A DNA stretch of 64,000 nucleotides from Candidatus Adlerbacteria bacterium (GCA_029288895.1 JARIGK010000003.1:13868-77867), one strand, 5' to 3'; positions 1 to 13,292 are shown, counted from the first letter of the stretch. Notes: a model not told the origin generated them from the sequence alone. Program-made: numbers and translations.

Positions 1-663
1 GCTGCCGTTGTCGATGCGCTCTTGAATGACAGGCTCGGAGAGAAGCTGGCCATCGAGAAAGATAGCAAGCTGGCGGCCAACGTTGGCGTCTGTAATCTGG
101 CTAAAAAGTTTAGTACCTTCTGCATTGAAGTTAACGAGCACGGCAGGCTTCTGGAGGCTATTTGAGCCGTTGCCAAACTGGAGCTGTGCGTTCGAGAGAT
201 ATTTGCCGGTGAGGCCTGTGTCCGTGTATGACTCAACCGGAACAGTTTTGCCATCATTTGTTGTCGCATCACCCGACTGTACCAACTTAAATTCCAAAGT
301 CGGTGTTTGGCCGATCATCGCGATTGCCTGGTTTACATCAGTGACACCTGGAAGTTCAACTACCAAGCGGTAGCTGCCGTTGCCCAAGGCACCGGACTGT
401 TCTGTCTGGACGACTGGTTCACCCACACCAAAAGCATTAACGCGGCGTTCGATCACCTGCTGCAACGCGTTCATCGCATCGGCAATTTCACCCGCCTGCA
501 CTTTGCTCGTGTCGGCGTTGTAGACCAGGTGCGTACCGCCCGAAAGGTCGAGGCCCAACTTAAACGCGAACCGGCTCGAAGGAGCGTTCGTCTTCCATAC
601 AAAAAAACCCACTGCTGCCGCGACAATCAATACGAGCACGGCGGTATAGCGCAATTTAAACAT
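1..663 (-). CDS. secD: Protein-export membrane protein SecD, N-terminal part; the gene runs off the window start
   Basis: Minus-strand translation from the ATG at 663 gives MFKLRYTAVLVLIVAAAVGFFVWK..FKLGLDLSGGTHLVY.., i.e. signal-anchor TM plus the SecD LGLDLxGG periplasmic-domain motif. The reading frame is open to the window edge. It is not in the ORF track because no stop lies inside the window. Confidence 0.7.
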   Translation of the reverse strand, partial: MFKLRYTAVLVLIVAAAVGFFVWKTNAPSSRFAFKLGLDLSGGTHLVYNADTSKVQAGEIADAMNALQQVIERRVNAFGVGEPVVQTEQSGALGNGSYRLVVELPGVTDVNQAIAMIGQTPTLEFKLVQSGDATTNDGKTVPVESYTDTGLTGKYLSNAQLQFGNGSNSLQKPAVLVNFNAEGTKLFSQITDANVGRQLAIFLDGQLLSEPVIQERIDNGS

Positions 664-717
664 GCGGAAACAATAGCAGAGTTAGGGCCTGTTTCAAAGG
701 GTTGACAAGGCTTTATT

Positions 718-1461
718 TTATTTCCCTTTTGCGAGTGTGAGGAGATTTTTGAAAATCATAGCGACCGCTATTGGACCGATGCCGCCGGGCACTGGGGTAA
801 AGACAGATGCGACTTCAGCGCACTCTGGCACCGCATCGCCGGCCAACTTGCCCGCTGCTTCTGATGTACCTGCGTCGATAAGCACCACACCCTCTTTAAG
901 CATGTGTGGCTGCACGAGCCCTGGCTCGCCTGCACCAAGCACGACAATATCTGCCTCTTTTACATCATCGAGAGAGCCTTCGTTTTTTGTGACAACAGAC
1001 ACATTCGCACCCACATCACGCAACAACTCTGCCACAGGTGCGCCAACAAGTTTGCCTGCGCCCACAACCACCGCGCGCTTCCCTCTCGCAGCCACATTAT
1101 TTCGCACAAAAATTTCAGAGACCGCTTCGGCTACCGGCGCACGCACTATCGTTTGCGACTCATTGATTGCATCAACATCTTTTTCTGCCGGGATCATCGA
1201 CAGCCACTGCTCAGAATTGGGTATCGGGAGTTGGACGATAATGCCATCGCAGGCAAGCGCGTGCACAAAGTCAGCGGGCGTAAAACGCTTTACTTCAATA
1301 TGTAAACGCGCTGCAACGCGCGACTTTATTTTTATAAACGACTCTGTCGCAGCGTCTTCGCCTTCGGAAATCACTGCAAGCGACAAATGCCCAAAATTCT
1401 TCCGCTCTTCTTCAAGCGCAGCAATAATCTCTTCTGCTATGTTCTTTCCATCTACAATCAT
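718..1461 (-). CDS. folD: Bifunctional 5,10-methylene-THF dehydrogenase / methenyl-THF cyclohydrolase
   Basis: 247-aa ORF with an FolD-like N-terminus and a Rossmann GxGxxVG (VVVGAGKLVGAPVA). The C-terminal PVPGGIGPIAVAMIFKNLL is the hallmark FolD motif (PGGVGPMT-like). Confidence 0.9.
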   Translation of the reverse strand: MIVDGKNIAEEIIAALEEERKNFGHLSLAVISEGEDAATESFIKIKSRVAARLHIEVKRFTPADFVHALACDGIIVQLPIPNSEQWLSMIPAEKDVDAINESQTIVRAPVAEAVSEIFVRNNVAARGKRAVVVGAGKLVGAPVAELLRDVGANVSVVTKNEGSLDDVKEADIVVLGAGEPGLVQPHMLKEGVVLIDAGTSEAAGKLAGDAVPECAEVASVFTPVPGGIGPIAVAMIFKNLLTLAKGK

Positions 1462-1468
1462 CAGCTAT

Positions 1469-2548
1469 TTAGTTTTTATGGCGGAGCAATTCTTTTGGCA
1501 CGTACTGCTCGTACTCGCCATTGGTGTAGTAAAAGGCGTCAAACGATGACGGGCCGTACTGGAAGCCGTATTCGCGTGTGAGTTTTGAGCCATCAACAGC
1601 AATTGGGTAGGAATAGCTCTTCCAACCACCCTTTGATGTTGGGACGCGGCCGCGCGTGCCATGCCACATGATAAAGAAGACAAAGCGGATAAGTTGAGGG
1701 TGCACGTAGAGAATTTTCTTGCCCACGGCCTTCGCCATCTCGGGCGGGCGCACAACGGCACCCGGCGGGCAGATATTAAACGCGTCGTACTTTTTCTTGA
1801 GTGGCGAAAATGCCAAAAGCTCGACGATGCGCACAACATCATCTTCGTGGATAAACTGGCGGAGCCACGTATGCGTCGCGGGCACAAACTTCGTCATAAG
1901 GGACACCAGGCGGTGCACAAACGATTCTTTAAGTTGGCCCGACAATGCTGCCTGCAAGCCAAAGCGGATGCGCATGTAACGGCCGCGAGGTCCAGTAATA
2001 GCCGCCGGACGCACAATCGCAACTTCTATCTCGTGCCCCGCTTCTTTTGCTACGGCGTACTTCTCTTCCAGATGCTGTTCAACGATGCGTTTTTCTTCTG
2101 CATACAAATAGTCGCTTTTGCGAAAGCCCTCTTCTTCTTTATAGAAATGGTCGACAGAATTGTCTTTGCGTGCGCCGTACGAGGCAACAGTCGAAAAGTG
2201 CACCAAGCGTTTTACAAAGCTGTGCGAAAAGCAAAAATCAAAGACGCGATCGGAGCCGTCGACGTTCCACTGCCACTGCAAATGTTTCTTTCCGTACATC
2301 TCGCGGATCTGCCACGCCGCATGGATGACGATATCGGGCTGGTGCGACAGCGCTTCCTCTTCCCACCCATCGTTATCGGACAAGTTTGTATGTATATAGA
2401 CAAGCTTGGGCTCGTCTTTGATGAGGTCTGGGAGCGGCTCTTTGTCGATGCCTATGATTTTTGCCACATCCTCGCGCGCAGCAAAACGGCGCACCAACAT
2501 TTGGCCAACATATCCGCCCGCACCGGTAATAAGGACTGTGTGTTGCAT
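1469..2548 (-). CDS. NAD-dependent epimerase/dehydratase family protein (extended SDR)
   Basis: N-terminal TGAGGYVGQMLVRRF Rossmann motif and a Yxx(x)K-type SDR architecture. The position next to a sugar transferase and a glycosyltransferase suggests nucleotide-sugar modification. Confidence 0.8.
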   Translation of the reverse strand: MQHTVLITGAGGYVGQMLVRRFAAREDVAKIIGIDKEPLPDLIKDEPKLVYIHTNLSDNDGWEEEALSHQPDIVIHAAWQIREMYGKKHLQWQWNVDGSDRVFDFCFSHSFVKRLVHFSTVASYGARKDNSVDHFYKEEEGFRKSDYLYAEEKRIVEQHLEEKYAVAKEAGHEIEVAIVRPAAITGPRGRYMRIRFGLQAALSGQLKESFVHRLVSLMTKFVPATHTWLRQFIHEDDVVRIVELLAFSPLKKKYDAFNICPPGAVVRPPEMAKAVGKKILYVHPQLIRFVFFIMWHGTRGRVPTSKGGWKSYSYPIAVDGSKLTREYGFQYGPSSFDAFYYTNGEYEQYVPKELLRHKN

Positions 2549-2557
2549 AGAGTTACT

Positions 2558-3949
2558 CTACCAAGAACTCACGCGGAACAACATTCGTTTCACTGTTTTA
2601 AGTGCAATCACTAAATCAAGCGCTAACGAGCGGTGTTTGATGTAGTAAAAGTCATACGCCAAACGCACCTTCGTTTCTTCGACAGACTGTGGCGAAAGTT
2701 GGCCTTGTTCGTACTGTTGGTTTATTTGCGCCCAGCCGGTGATGCCTGGCTTTACGACATAGCGCACGCCGTAGTACGGGATCTCTTGTGCCAAGCGCGC
2801 GCCCAGGCCTTCGATATCGTTGCGGGGCCCGATGAGCGACAACTCGCCCTTCAAGATATTCAAAAACTGAGGGAACTCATCGAGCGAGGTAGTGCGCAAG
2901 ATATTGCCTACGCGAGTAACGGTATTTACTTTGTTTTCCCCCACCCATTCTTTGGATGCCGAGTTATTAAAGCGCATGCTGCGGAATTTGTATGCTTTCA
3001 TGCGCGTGCCATCTTGCCCCAAGCGCTCTTGCGCGATAAATAATGCTCCTGGGCCTTCAAACTGGAGTGCGATCCACACAAACGGCGCTGCAATAATGGT
3101 GACGATACCCATCAAGACACCGCCCACAATGTCGAGCACGCGTTTTGAAAACGCGTACATGCTCGCGCGCGGCGGCTCGATGTTTTTAAGAAACCAGTCG
3201 TAGCGCAGAAGCGACAGAGGCACACGGTCGAAGACTTCTTCATAGACGCGATAAAAGTCAGCGTATTGGAAGCGGCGCTCCAACACACACAACCGATAGA
3301 TTGCGGGCAAGAACAAACGCGACGCTTCGTTGTCTGCATCCACAACAACAAGGCTCACTTTCGATTCTGTGAGTTCGCGCACAAGCGCATCAACATGCCC
3401 TGCGCCAACTTCGACCGGGCTTTTGACGAGTGTAAATTCCAAGTGGTAGCGCGGGTTTTGATTGACTTCGCGCACCAAATCTTCTACTTCAGGGCCCGAG
3501 CCAATAAGCGCTGCACGTTCGCGCTTTAAGGGTTTGGTAAACCGCGGGAAGATCCACAACCGCCATGCAAAAATGCCAACAAGCGATATGCCGAGGTAAA
3601 TGATGAGGCTTGTCTTTGGCGCGATGCCAATTTCGGGCAACAAGAAGAAGAGGAGCGCGGCAAGCGCAATGTTAAATATTTGCGTGCGGAACAAGACTTG
3701 CGGCAGTTGGCTGCGGAACAGGAGCACGCGCTTGCCGTAGAGGCCCGCCATATAAAAGACGAGCAACCAGACAGCGAACAAAAAGCCAAAAGCGCCGAAG
3801 TAGGCTTCTCTAATTTCTTCGGCCGGCAAACCGCCGTAGCGGGCAAGAAGTGTCAGCCATAGCGAAAGGCAAAAGACGCCTAGGTCCCCAAAAAAAAGCA
3901 GCACGAGGGCATATCTCCTACCAAATGTCATTGTGGTACCGTATATCAT
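2558..3949 (-). CDS. Polyprenyl-phosphate glycosyl-1-phosphate transferase (WbaP/WcaJ-like bacterial sugar transferase)
   Basis: 463 aa with N-terminal TM helices. The C-terminal bacterial sugar-transferase domain shows FKFRSM...DEFPQFLNILKGELSLIGPR, characteristic of undecaprenyl-phosphate hexose-1-P transferases. Confidence 0.85.
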   Translation of the reverse strand: MIYGTTMTFGRRYALVLLFFGDLGVFCLSLWLTLLARYGGLPAEEIREAYFGAFGFLFAVWLLVFYMAGLYGKRVLLFRSQLPQVLFRTQIFNIALAALLFFLLPEIGIAPKTSLIIYLGISLVGIFAWRLWIFPRFTKPLKRERAALIGSGPEVEDLVREVNQNPRYHLEFTLVKSPVEVGAGHVDALVRELTESKVSLVVVDADNEASRLFLPAIYRLCVLERRFQYADFYRVYEEVFDRVPLSLLRYDWFLKNIEPPRASMYAFSKRVLDIVGGVLMGIVTIIAAPFVWIALQFEGPGALFIAQERLGQDGTRMKAYKFRSMRFNNSASKEWVGENKVNTVTRVGNILRTTSLDEFPQFLNILKGELSLIGPRNDIEGLGARLAQEIPYYGVRYVVKPGITGWAQINQQYEQGQLSPQSVEETKVRLAYDFYYIKHRSLALDLVIALKTVKRMLFRVSSW

Positions 3950-3996
3950 ATAACCTATAAAGGTTTACGCTAGTTTCAATAGGAATACCCCAAACC

Positions 3997-4965
3997 ATGA
4001 AGATTTTGTATGTAGTGACCAAGGCCAATTGGGGCGGCGCGCAGCGCTATGTCTTCGACTTGGCCACAGCTGCCAAAGCCCACGGAATGGACGTCGCTGT
4101 AGCATTTGGCGGAACCGGACTCTTGGAAGAAAAGCTGCGTGCAGAAAATATCCGCACTATTTCTCTACCTATAGAAAACAGAGCATCACTCAGTGCAGTT
4201 CTTACAACGAAAAAAATTATTGAGAACCTACTCAAAGAAGAGAAGCCGAATATTGTACACCTCAACAGCTCAATAGTCGGAATTGGCGGCGCATGGGCGG
4301 CGGACGCATGTGGTATTAAAAAAGTTATTTTTACCGACCACGGATGGGCGTTTAAAGAAGCGCGTTCCCTGTTCCAGAAAATCGCGATCTGGATGTTATC
4401 ATGGGTCACCGTGTTGTTGTCCGACAAGGTTATTGTTGTGTCGAATGACGAACTGCGACTCACCCAACAGATGCCATTTGCAGGCAAGAAAGCAGTCCGC
4501 ATCTATAACGGCATTGATTTGAATATGCACTTTGGTTCGGGCCAGATAATCCGCGACGCTTTCCCTGCTGGCGTTCCCATCACTGGCACTGTCGGCGAAG
4601 CAAACAAAAACAAAAATTGGATAGCACTTATCGAACAAGCAAGAAAAGATTCTTCGATGTATGTTGCGCTCGTTGGACCAGATAGCGGTTTACAATCAGA
4701 GCTCGAACAAAAAATTAAAGAATATGGGTTAGAAGCCCGAGTCAAACTTTTCGGTTATCAACCAGTAGTAGATGTTATGAAAGGATTCGACGTCTTCGCC
4801 CTTCCTTCTATTAAAGAATCGCTCGGCTACGTTATTTTAGAAGCCCGCGCTGCCGGCCTCCCTATCGTCGCAAACCGCGTTGGCGGCATACCCGAAGCAA
4901 TGGACAAACCTCTCTCAGAATTTAGCAAAGAGAAGATGATTGAGCAGACGCTCGCGCTGTACTAG
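3997..4965 (+). CDS. Glycosyltransferase family 4 (GT-B fold)
   Basis: 322 aa. MKILYVVTKANWGGAQRYVFDLA is a typical GT4 N-terminus, and the C-terminal half has the EARAAGLPIVANRVGGIPE motif (E-x7-E-like donor-binding region). Confidence 0.85.
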   Translation: MKILYVVTKANWGGAQRYVFDLATAAKAHGMDVAVAFGGTGLLEEKLRAENIRTISLPIENRASLSAVLTTKKIIENLLKEEKPNIVHLNSSIVGIGGAWAADACGIKKVIFTDHGWAFKEARSLFQKIAIWMLSWVTVLLSDKVIVVSNDELRLTQQMPFAGKKAVRIYNGIDLNMHFGSGQIIRDAFPAGVPITGTVGEANKNKNWIALIEQARKDSSMYVALVGPDSGLQSELEQKIKEYGLEARVKLFGYQPVVDVMKGFDVFALPSIKESLGYVILEARAAGLPIVANRVGGIPEAMDKPLSEFSKEKMIEQTLALY

Positions 4966-6107
4966 CGGTCGTAGCCGCCGCTAAATTCGCGGTCGAGCAT
5001 GTCGCGGTGCGCCGCGCGCGCGTAGCGGTTCATCCCCGAAACCATACCAAGCGCTAAGAACTCGGCCAAGATGTGTGTGCCGCCATAGCTCATAAACGGA
5101 ATGGTGGTGCCCGTCACCGGCAAGATGCCCATGTTGATGCCCGCGTGCAAGGTAAAGTGTGCGCCCAAGTAGCACAGCACACCAAGCGCAAATAATGTTT
5201 CGAAGTTGGATGCGCCGCGCGAGGCAGACAGAATAATGCGCCAGAAGATTGCACCATACAGTGCAAACACTATCAAAAGACCGACGAACCCCCATTCTTC
5301 GGCAAACGCGGCGAAGATAAAGTCGGTTTGATATTCTGGCAAAAAGCGGAGTTTGCTTTGCGTGCCGTAGCCGATGCCTTTGCCCACCCATTGCCCCGAG
5401 CCCACCGCCACCATCGACTGATAGGCGTTGTAACCCGAACCGTGGATATCGTGCGCGGGGTTTACGAAGTTTATGATGCGCTTCTTTTGATAGTCATGGA
5501 AGCCAAAGAGCCACAGCGCGCCAAACAGCACCATCCCTAACATAACCACGGTCGCGACATGTTTTTTTGAAATGCCAGAGAAAAACACCATGCCAAACCA
5601 TATAAGAAAGATGATGATAGCGCCGCCGAAATCTGGCTGTAGTGCCACAAGCGCAAACACCACAAACGCGTAGAGGCCCGACACAATAATATGGCGGATG
5701 TTATGTATCTCGGTATGGCGGCGCGAGAAATATTTTGCTAGCAAAATAATGAGCGCCAGCTTTACAAACTCGACCGGCTCGATGCCAAGCCCACCGACAG
5801 AAAGCCAGCTACGCGCACCCTTCACCGCCTGACCGAGCCCCAACAAAAACAACAATGGAATAATGAGTACGCCGAAGATCCCTGCTGCGACGCCGCTCCT
5901 GCGTAAAAAACGCCAGTCAATAAATGATGCGCCGAAAAAAACTACAACGCCGGCAATGAGCCAGATAATCTGGCGTACGAATAGAGGGTCTTGGCCGGTG
6001 AAGGAATCCATTGTCAAAAGCCCCAAGCACGAAAGTGCCAAGGCAGACGAAAAGGCAATCCAATCGACCGCGCCCGTTTTCTTTGTAACGAGAGAAAAGA
6101 AAGACAT
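4962..6107 (-). CDS. SEDS-family peptidoglycan glycosyltransferase (FtsW/RodA)
   Basis: 381 aa polytopic membrane protein with FtsW/RodA/SpoVE signature stretches (GSGYNAYQSMVAVGSGQWVGKGIGYGTQSKLRFLPEYQTDFIFAAFAEEWGFVG). Confidence 0.85.
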   Translation of the reverse strand: MSFFSLVTKKTGAVDWIAFSSALALSCLGLLTMDSFTGQDPLFVRQIIWLIAGVVVFFGASFIDWRFLRRSGVAAGIFGVLIIPLLFLLGLGQAVKGARSWLSVGGLGIEPVEFVKLALIILLAKYFSRRHTEIHNIRHIIVSGLYAFVVFALVALQPDFGGAIIIFLIWFGMVFFSGISKKHVATVVMLGMVLFGALWLFGFHDYQKKRIINFVNPAHDIHGSGYNAYQSMVAVGSGQWVGKGIGYGTQSKLRFLPEYQTDFIFAAFAEEWGFVGLLIVFALYGAIFWRIILSASRGASNFETLFALGVLCYLGAHFTLHAGINMGILPVTGTTIPFMSYGGTHILAEFLALGMVSGMNRYARAAHRDMLDREFSGGYDR

Positions 6108-6119
6108 AGGTAAGAAGTT

Positions 6120-6899
6120 CTAGAAGGACGGAAGTACAGTAATTTCGGCACGCACAACACCCGGCACACCCCCGCCCCAGGTAAAAGTCACCTGCTTTTG
6201 TGATTTGTGCGGGAGCGATGCGATAAGGCTTTTTGACGCTGCGAGCGCTACACCGTTTGCATCAAAGAGCACGGCTGCGATGGTTACATTTTTTGCATCT
6301 TGGATGGTGTTGTTTTCAAGCTGGAGCGAAAGGCTCGAACCGTCCGCAGCCAACACTTGGTCTGCCACCTGCATGCGCGGGATAGCGTTTTGCGCGACAC
6401 GTTCCCACACCGGCAAATTCGAAAATGCAAAGAGCGTGCGGGCGACAACGCGACTACCGGTTGGAATGTTAGGCTCGACGATTGCGATTGTCTGCAGCGG
6501 CGGCAGGTCCATGACACCGTCGCGCTCGATGATCAAATGGTTATCTGCATCAAAGAGTTGGAACGAGTACGCAGCGCTGTGTGCGCCAGCGCCCGTGTTT
6601 GGGTTTTGGATGTAGGCCGCTGCAGTGTAGGTACTTGCTTGCCCTGAGCTTGTCGAAGCGGGTGATGTCAAAAACGAGCGGGCCCACGAGACGCTTGGCT
6701 GCCCCGCTTGATTGGTACAGATAAGCGCACAGGTACCACCGCAGTCGACGCCACTTTCGCCGCCGTTTTGTTTATTGTCGAAACAGGTTGCAGGGGCAGA
6801 GAAAAATGTGGTGTATGCGAACCACAAAACTATAAGAATAATAACGACAACCACTGCCGTATACGTAAATTTCCGCCGCTCTCCCCAGGACAATGCCAT
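6120..6899 (-). CDS. Hypothetical membrane-anchored protein with a Cys-rich N-terminal segment
   Basis: 259-aa ORF with an N-terminal TM helix and a CGGTC/C-rich stretch. It lies directly upstream of the SEDS gene on the same strand. I see no recognisable domain. Confidence 0.45.
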   Translation of the reverse strand: MALSWGERRKFTYTAVVVVIILIVLWFAYTTFFSAPATCFDNKQNGGESGVDCGGTCALICTNQAGQPSVSWARSFLTSPASTSSGQASTYTAAAYIQNPNTGAGAHSAAYSFQLFDADNHLIIERDGVMDLPPLQTIAIVEPNIPTGSRVVARTLFAFSNLPVWERVAQNAIPRMQVADQVLAADGSSLSLQLENNTIQDAKNVTIAAVLFDANGVALAASKSLIASLPHKSQKQVTFTWGGGVPGVVRAEITVLPSF

Positions 6900-6960
6900 G
6901 CCCTTATCCTACCAAAGAAAAAAGCCCGCCGACAAAAGCCGGACGGACCTTTCTAACACA

Positions 6961-7449
6961 TCATGGGGCGTCGAGAGGGATTCCATGCTCTGCATGCATC
7001 GTCTCAACCGTGAACTTCTCCTCCGTGCCGTCGATCGAATTGACGCAGATGAGTTCGGTTGTAAAGCTGACAGCCTTGCCTTGCCTGGCACGCCTCCGCA
7101 TCGCAGGCAAACAGCGCTCTTCACAGCAGTGAAGTGTATCTGTCTCATCCTGTTCCCGAGGTTGGCCATAAATAACCATCCACTCCAGGATAAGCCCATG
7201 CTCCTCTGCCTGGAGCATAACCGCCTCCTCAGCACACACGGGGATATCTTCTTCCCGCTGCTTAATGTTTGTTCCTATTAACATCCTGCCTTTCGCATAT
7301 CCCACACACGAAACATGGAAATTCTTGTAGTGGTGCGCACACGCATGCGCTTGTTGTGCGATAGCGACCGCGGTACGTTTTTTTCTTTCAAGCACTGAAC
7401 TCTCTCCAACTCGAATGTTGAACGATCTAATCAAAATATATAATCTCAC
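6961..7449 (-). CDS. Cytidine deaminase-like zinc enzyme; the true start is probably internal
   Basis: AHHYKNFHVSCVGYA...GTNIKQ...VCAEEAV...LHCCEERC parallels the CDA pattern AYAPYSxFxVGAAL...GxNxEN...CAExxAI...PCGxCRQ. The first roughly 20 residues of the ORF-track call look spurious. Confidence 0.5.
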   Translation of the reverse strand: MRLYILIRSFNIRVGESSVLERKKRTAVAIAQQAHACAHHYKNFHVSCVGYAKGRMLIGTNIKQREEDIPVCAEEAVMLQAEEHGLILEWMVIYGQPREQDETDTLHCCEERCLPAMRRRARQGKAVSFTTELICVNSIDGTEEKFTVETMHAEHGIPLDAP

Positions 7450-7465
7450 TAAATTTCTATTTCGT

Positions 7466-7492
7466 CAAACGCCAAAAAGCCCTTATCTTAAG
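7466..7492 (-). terminator. Rho-independent terminator downstream of 5S rRNA
   Basis: Minus strand reads AGCCCTTAAGATAAGGGCT followed by TTTTTGG. Confidence 0.6.
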
Positions 7493-7523
7493 GGCTCATT
7501 TTGGAAAGGAGATTGAATACTTT

Positions 7524-7638
7524 GTCCTGGCGACTACCTACTCTCCCCTACTGAAACGTAGAGTACCATCGGCGCACGCGGGCTTAACTTCCGTGTTCGG
7601 AATGAGAACGGGTGTGACCCCACTGCCAAATCACCAAG
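7524..7638 (-). rRNA. rrf: 5S ribosomal RNA
   Basis: The reverse complement reads TCTTGGTGATTTGGCAGTGGGGTCACACCCGTTCTCATTCCGAACACGGAAGTTAAGCCCGCGTGCGCCGATGGTACTCTACGTTTCAGTAGGGGAGAGTAGGTAGTCGCCAGGA. This is the canonical 5S core (CCGAACACGGAAGTTAAGC, GATGGTA, GGGAGAGTAGG), and helix I is closed by the two ends. Confidence 0.85.
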
Positions 7639-7702
7639 ACAAAACATTCAATGCACAGACAAAAAACATAACCTCAATCCCACTTCGCGGGATTTCGCGC
7701 CG

Positions 7703-7729
7703 TTATGGCGCTCAACAACAAATTATTGC
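7703..7729 (-). promoter_or_regulatory. 3' half of the 23S processing stem, an inverted repeat pairing with 11093-11120
   Basis: GCTTGAGAAtCGCAATAATTTGTTGTT on the rRNA strand downstream of 23S is the near-exact complement partner of the AACAACAAATTATTGCGGTTCTCAAGC leader upstream of 23S. This is typical of an RNase III processing stem. Confidence 0.5.
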
Positions 7730-7769
7730 GATTCTCAAGCTGGCCCTTTTCTCCCCCCAATGGAAGAGG

Positions 7770-11070
<3,301 letters not shown>

Positions 11071-11522
11071 CTCTTGTGAGAGAGAAAAGGAAGCTTGAGA
11101 ACCGCAATAATTTGTTGTTCACTCACACGTTGTTACAAGTGTCTAACCTCGTAACCTCATGCGAGATTTTGTGTTTTGTTTTTTGTCATCCTTCTGCAAC
11201 TACAGTCGTTGCATCAGGATATTTTTGTCGTCCACGTACACATCCTCGAAAAGACCCACTTGATATTACTCAAAGCGGTTGTGTCGTGGGATTCGTGATG
11301 TCAAAGTATCTCGCACTCCTCAGATTTTGAATTAAAAAATCCCGCTTCTCGCGGGTCTCCTGGCAACTTCGAAGCTGCCTGCTAGTCCCGCAATTCGCCT
11401 TGATTCGTAGTCAACATCTGTGCGTATCAATATATACGAGGGCTCTATATATGTCAAACCCGGCCTCCCAAAGCCCCATTTGACCCAAAAAGCCCTTATT
11501 TTCCAAAAGAAAAAGCCGCCTT

Positions 11523-11838
11523 TTAGGACGACTTTGGCATGACATTGTCTGCAGCCAGTTGGGCTCGAAGGGCCATATAGACCATGGTGCCCGCGTAAAA
11601 AATACGGGCTTGTACAGGGAGCGGCTGCGTTTCTGCAAACTTTTCCAGTCGTGAAAAGAGCAGTGGATTCTCGCGCTTCATTACCCCAGTCGAACTCTCC
11701 ATATTCAAAGAGCCACTCTTCAGAAATTCCAAATCACTATCGCTCATCGCTTCGAGCAGAGCGCCGAGCGTTACATCTGTAACAACAGGCAGTTTTTGTT
11801 CTGTCATGATGTCCTCCTGCCGCGATACTACATCAACC
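11523..11838 (-). CDS. Small hypothetical protein of about 105 aa; the track ORF is over-extended upstream into the neighbouring gene
   Basis: The ORF-track call 11523..12089 overlaps the 3' end of the next gene. A plausible start is MVDVVSRQ.. or MTEQKLPVV... No recognisable domain. Confidence 0.3.
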
Positions 11839-11899
11839 ATTTTGAAAACAAAAGAACTCCCCGCAAAGGGAGTTCTTTTGAGAACAGAAGTTCTAGAGA

Positions 11900-12661
11900 T
11901 TACTGGTGCATGCCCTCGCGGGTCTTCTCGATGAAGCGAGCTGCCGCTTCCTGGCCGCCGAGGCCAAATGCGAGACCGAACGAAAGTGCGAGTGCAACAA
12001 CAACGCCAGTGAAGAGCGTCTGGAGAATTCCTTGCGCTACCTGGAGTTGCTCGAGTGCAGCCAAGATTGCGAAGATCCAGATTGCCCACTTTGCGATCGT
12101 GCCTGCGACGCCGGCACCATGGATGCCAGCTGCGCGTGCCGAACCTTTCACTACGCTCTGTGCCAACTCTGCGAGTACGGCACCGACGAGGACAATGAGC
12201 ACTGCGATGATGACGTTAGGGATGAAGCCAACGACAATCGACTGGAGGAAGTAGGTCACTGCGACGAGGCCCAAGACCTGGAGCGACGCCATCAAGAAAA
12301 CCAAGATGACGAACCAGCGGACCAAGGCACCCAAGAACTTACCAGCATTGAGCTGGTAGCCTGCGCGGGTGACGACATCGCCGACACCTGCAGTGCGGAG
12401 CGCGTGGTCAACGCGAAGTGCTTTCACCGCTTCGTTGACCAACCACCCTATCCAGCCAGCCAAGAACCAGCCGATTACAAAAATAATAATTGCGAACAGG
12501 AGGCTCGGAAGGAAATTCACGACATTCCAAAGCAGATTATAGAAAGACTGCTGCAGAACGTAACCCCATTGCTGAACGATCATGATAAATAGATGAACGA
12601 ATAATTGTAATAGCCCTGCACTAGTAATTGTAGCCCCCAGGGACCATGCGCAATACCCCAT
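11900..12661 (-). CDS. Polytopic membrane protein with repeated TM-helix units (possibly mechanosensitive-channel related)
   Basis: 253 aa with four or more hydrophobic helices interspersed with small polar loops, plus a Gly/Ala-rich stretch (ARAAGIHGAGVAGTIAKWAIW). Confidence 0.5.
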   Translation of the reverse strand: MGYCAWSLGATITSAGLLQLFVHLFIMIVQQWGYVLQQSFYNLLWNVVNFLPSLLFAIIIFVIGWFLAGWIGWLVNEAVKALRVDHALRTAGVGDVVTRAGYQLNAGKFLGALVRWFVILVFLMASLQVLGLVAVTYFLQSIVVGFIPNVIIAVLIVLVGAVLAELAQSVVKGSARAAGIHGAGVAGTIAKWAIWIFAILAALEQLQVAQGILQTLFTGVVVALALSFGLAFGLGGQEAAARFIEKTREGMHQ

Positions 12662-12692
12662 TGTGGGGATAGTAAAAGGCCACCCCGTAAGG

Positions 12693-13292
12693 CTATTTGA
12701 GGCCTATGTCGAGGCGATCCAAAAGGATGGTGTGCGGGTAGTCCAGCACATCGCGTATAAGTTTGTCGTTCAAATTGAGGCGGTAGAAAAAGTCGTTCGT
12801 CGAAAGGAGCGAATAGCGTATTTCTTTGCCAATTTCTGCTTCAAATTTACGGATGTAGTCGCGCAATTTCTTTTCCTTCATGCGATCGCCTACCAAGAGC
12901 ACGTCGAGCGAATTGTCCCAGTCGCTCACAAAGATGCCTGCCAAGATAACCAGCTTGAGTGTGCCGGTGCCGCGCACTTTTTCGACGATTTCTTTGCCGC
13001 GTGCAGGGGCGTTGATAAGCAAGTTCTGCAGTGCGGCCACATATTCAAAATCATTGTTGAGCACATAGCGCACACCCTTGCCGCGCGTCGAGCGCGTAAT
13101 AAGCCCGGCCGCAACAAAGACGCGAAATTCGCGGCGAGTGTCGTCGTCATGTACGCGTGCGCGCTTCGCAGCGTCGGCTAACGTAAACGAAGTTTTTGGG
13201 TTAAACAAAAAGAGGCGCAGGAGTTTGATGCGAGCCGGGCTCCCGAAGAGTTTCTGTAGTCCATCAGTCATACGGTCAATGCGGTAGTGCAT
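12693..13292 (-). CDS. Putative winged-helix transcriptional regulator
   Basis: Likely start MHYRIDRMTDGLQKLFGSPARIKLLRLFLFNPKTSFTLADAAKRARV.., an ArsR/MarR-like HTH signature. The first 11 residues of the ORF-track start look spurious. Confidence 0.45.
   Translation of the reverse strand: MHYRIDRMTDGLQKLFGSPARIKLLRLFLFNPKTSFTLADAAKRARVHDDDTRREFRVFVAAGLITRSTRGKGVRYVLNNDFEYVAALQNLLINAPARGKEIVEKVRGTGTLKLVILAGIFVSDWDNSLDVLLVGDRMKEKKLRDYIRKFEAEIGKEIRYSLLSTNDFFYRLNLNDKLIRDVLDYPHTILLDRLDIGLK

Noticed and set aside
737-1549. 270-aa plus-strand ORF antisense to folD
   Set aside because: It overlaps the well-supported folD on the opposite strand. The translation is low-complexity and rich in Ser/Thr/Ala/Pro, typical of antisense read-through in a GC-biased frame.
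1661-2614. 317-aa plus-strand ORF antisense to the epimerase gene
   Set aside because: It lies entirely inside the epimerase CDS on the other strand, and the protein has no motif and an odd composition.
11906-12592. 228-aa acidic, Cys-rich plus-strand ORF
   Set aside because: It is antisense to the membrane-protein gene 11900..12661, and the highly acidic low-complexity translation is a mirror of the hydrophobic sense frame.
12663-13181. 172-aa plus-strand ORF
   Set aside because: It is antisense to the winged-helix regulator gene, which has the better protein-like sequence.
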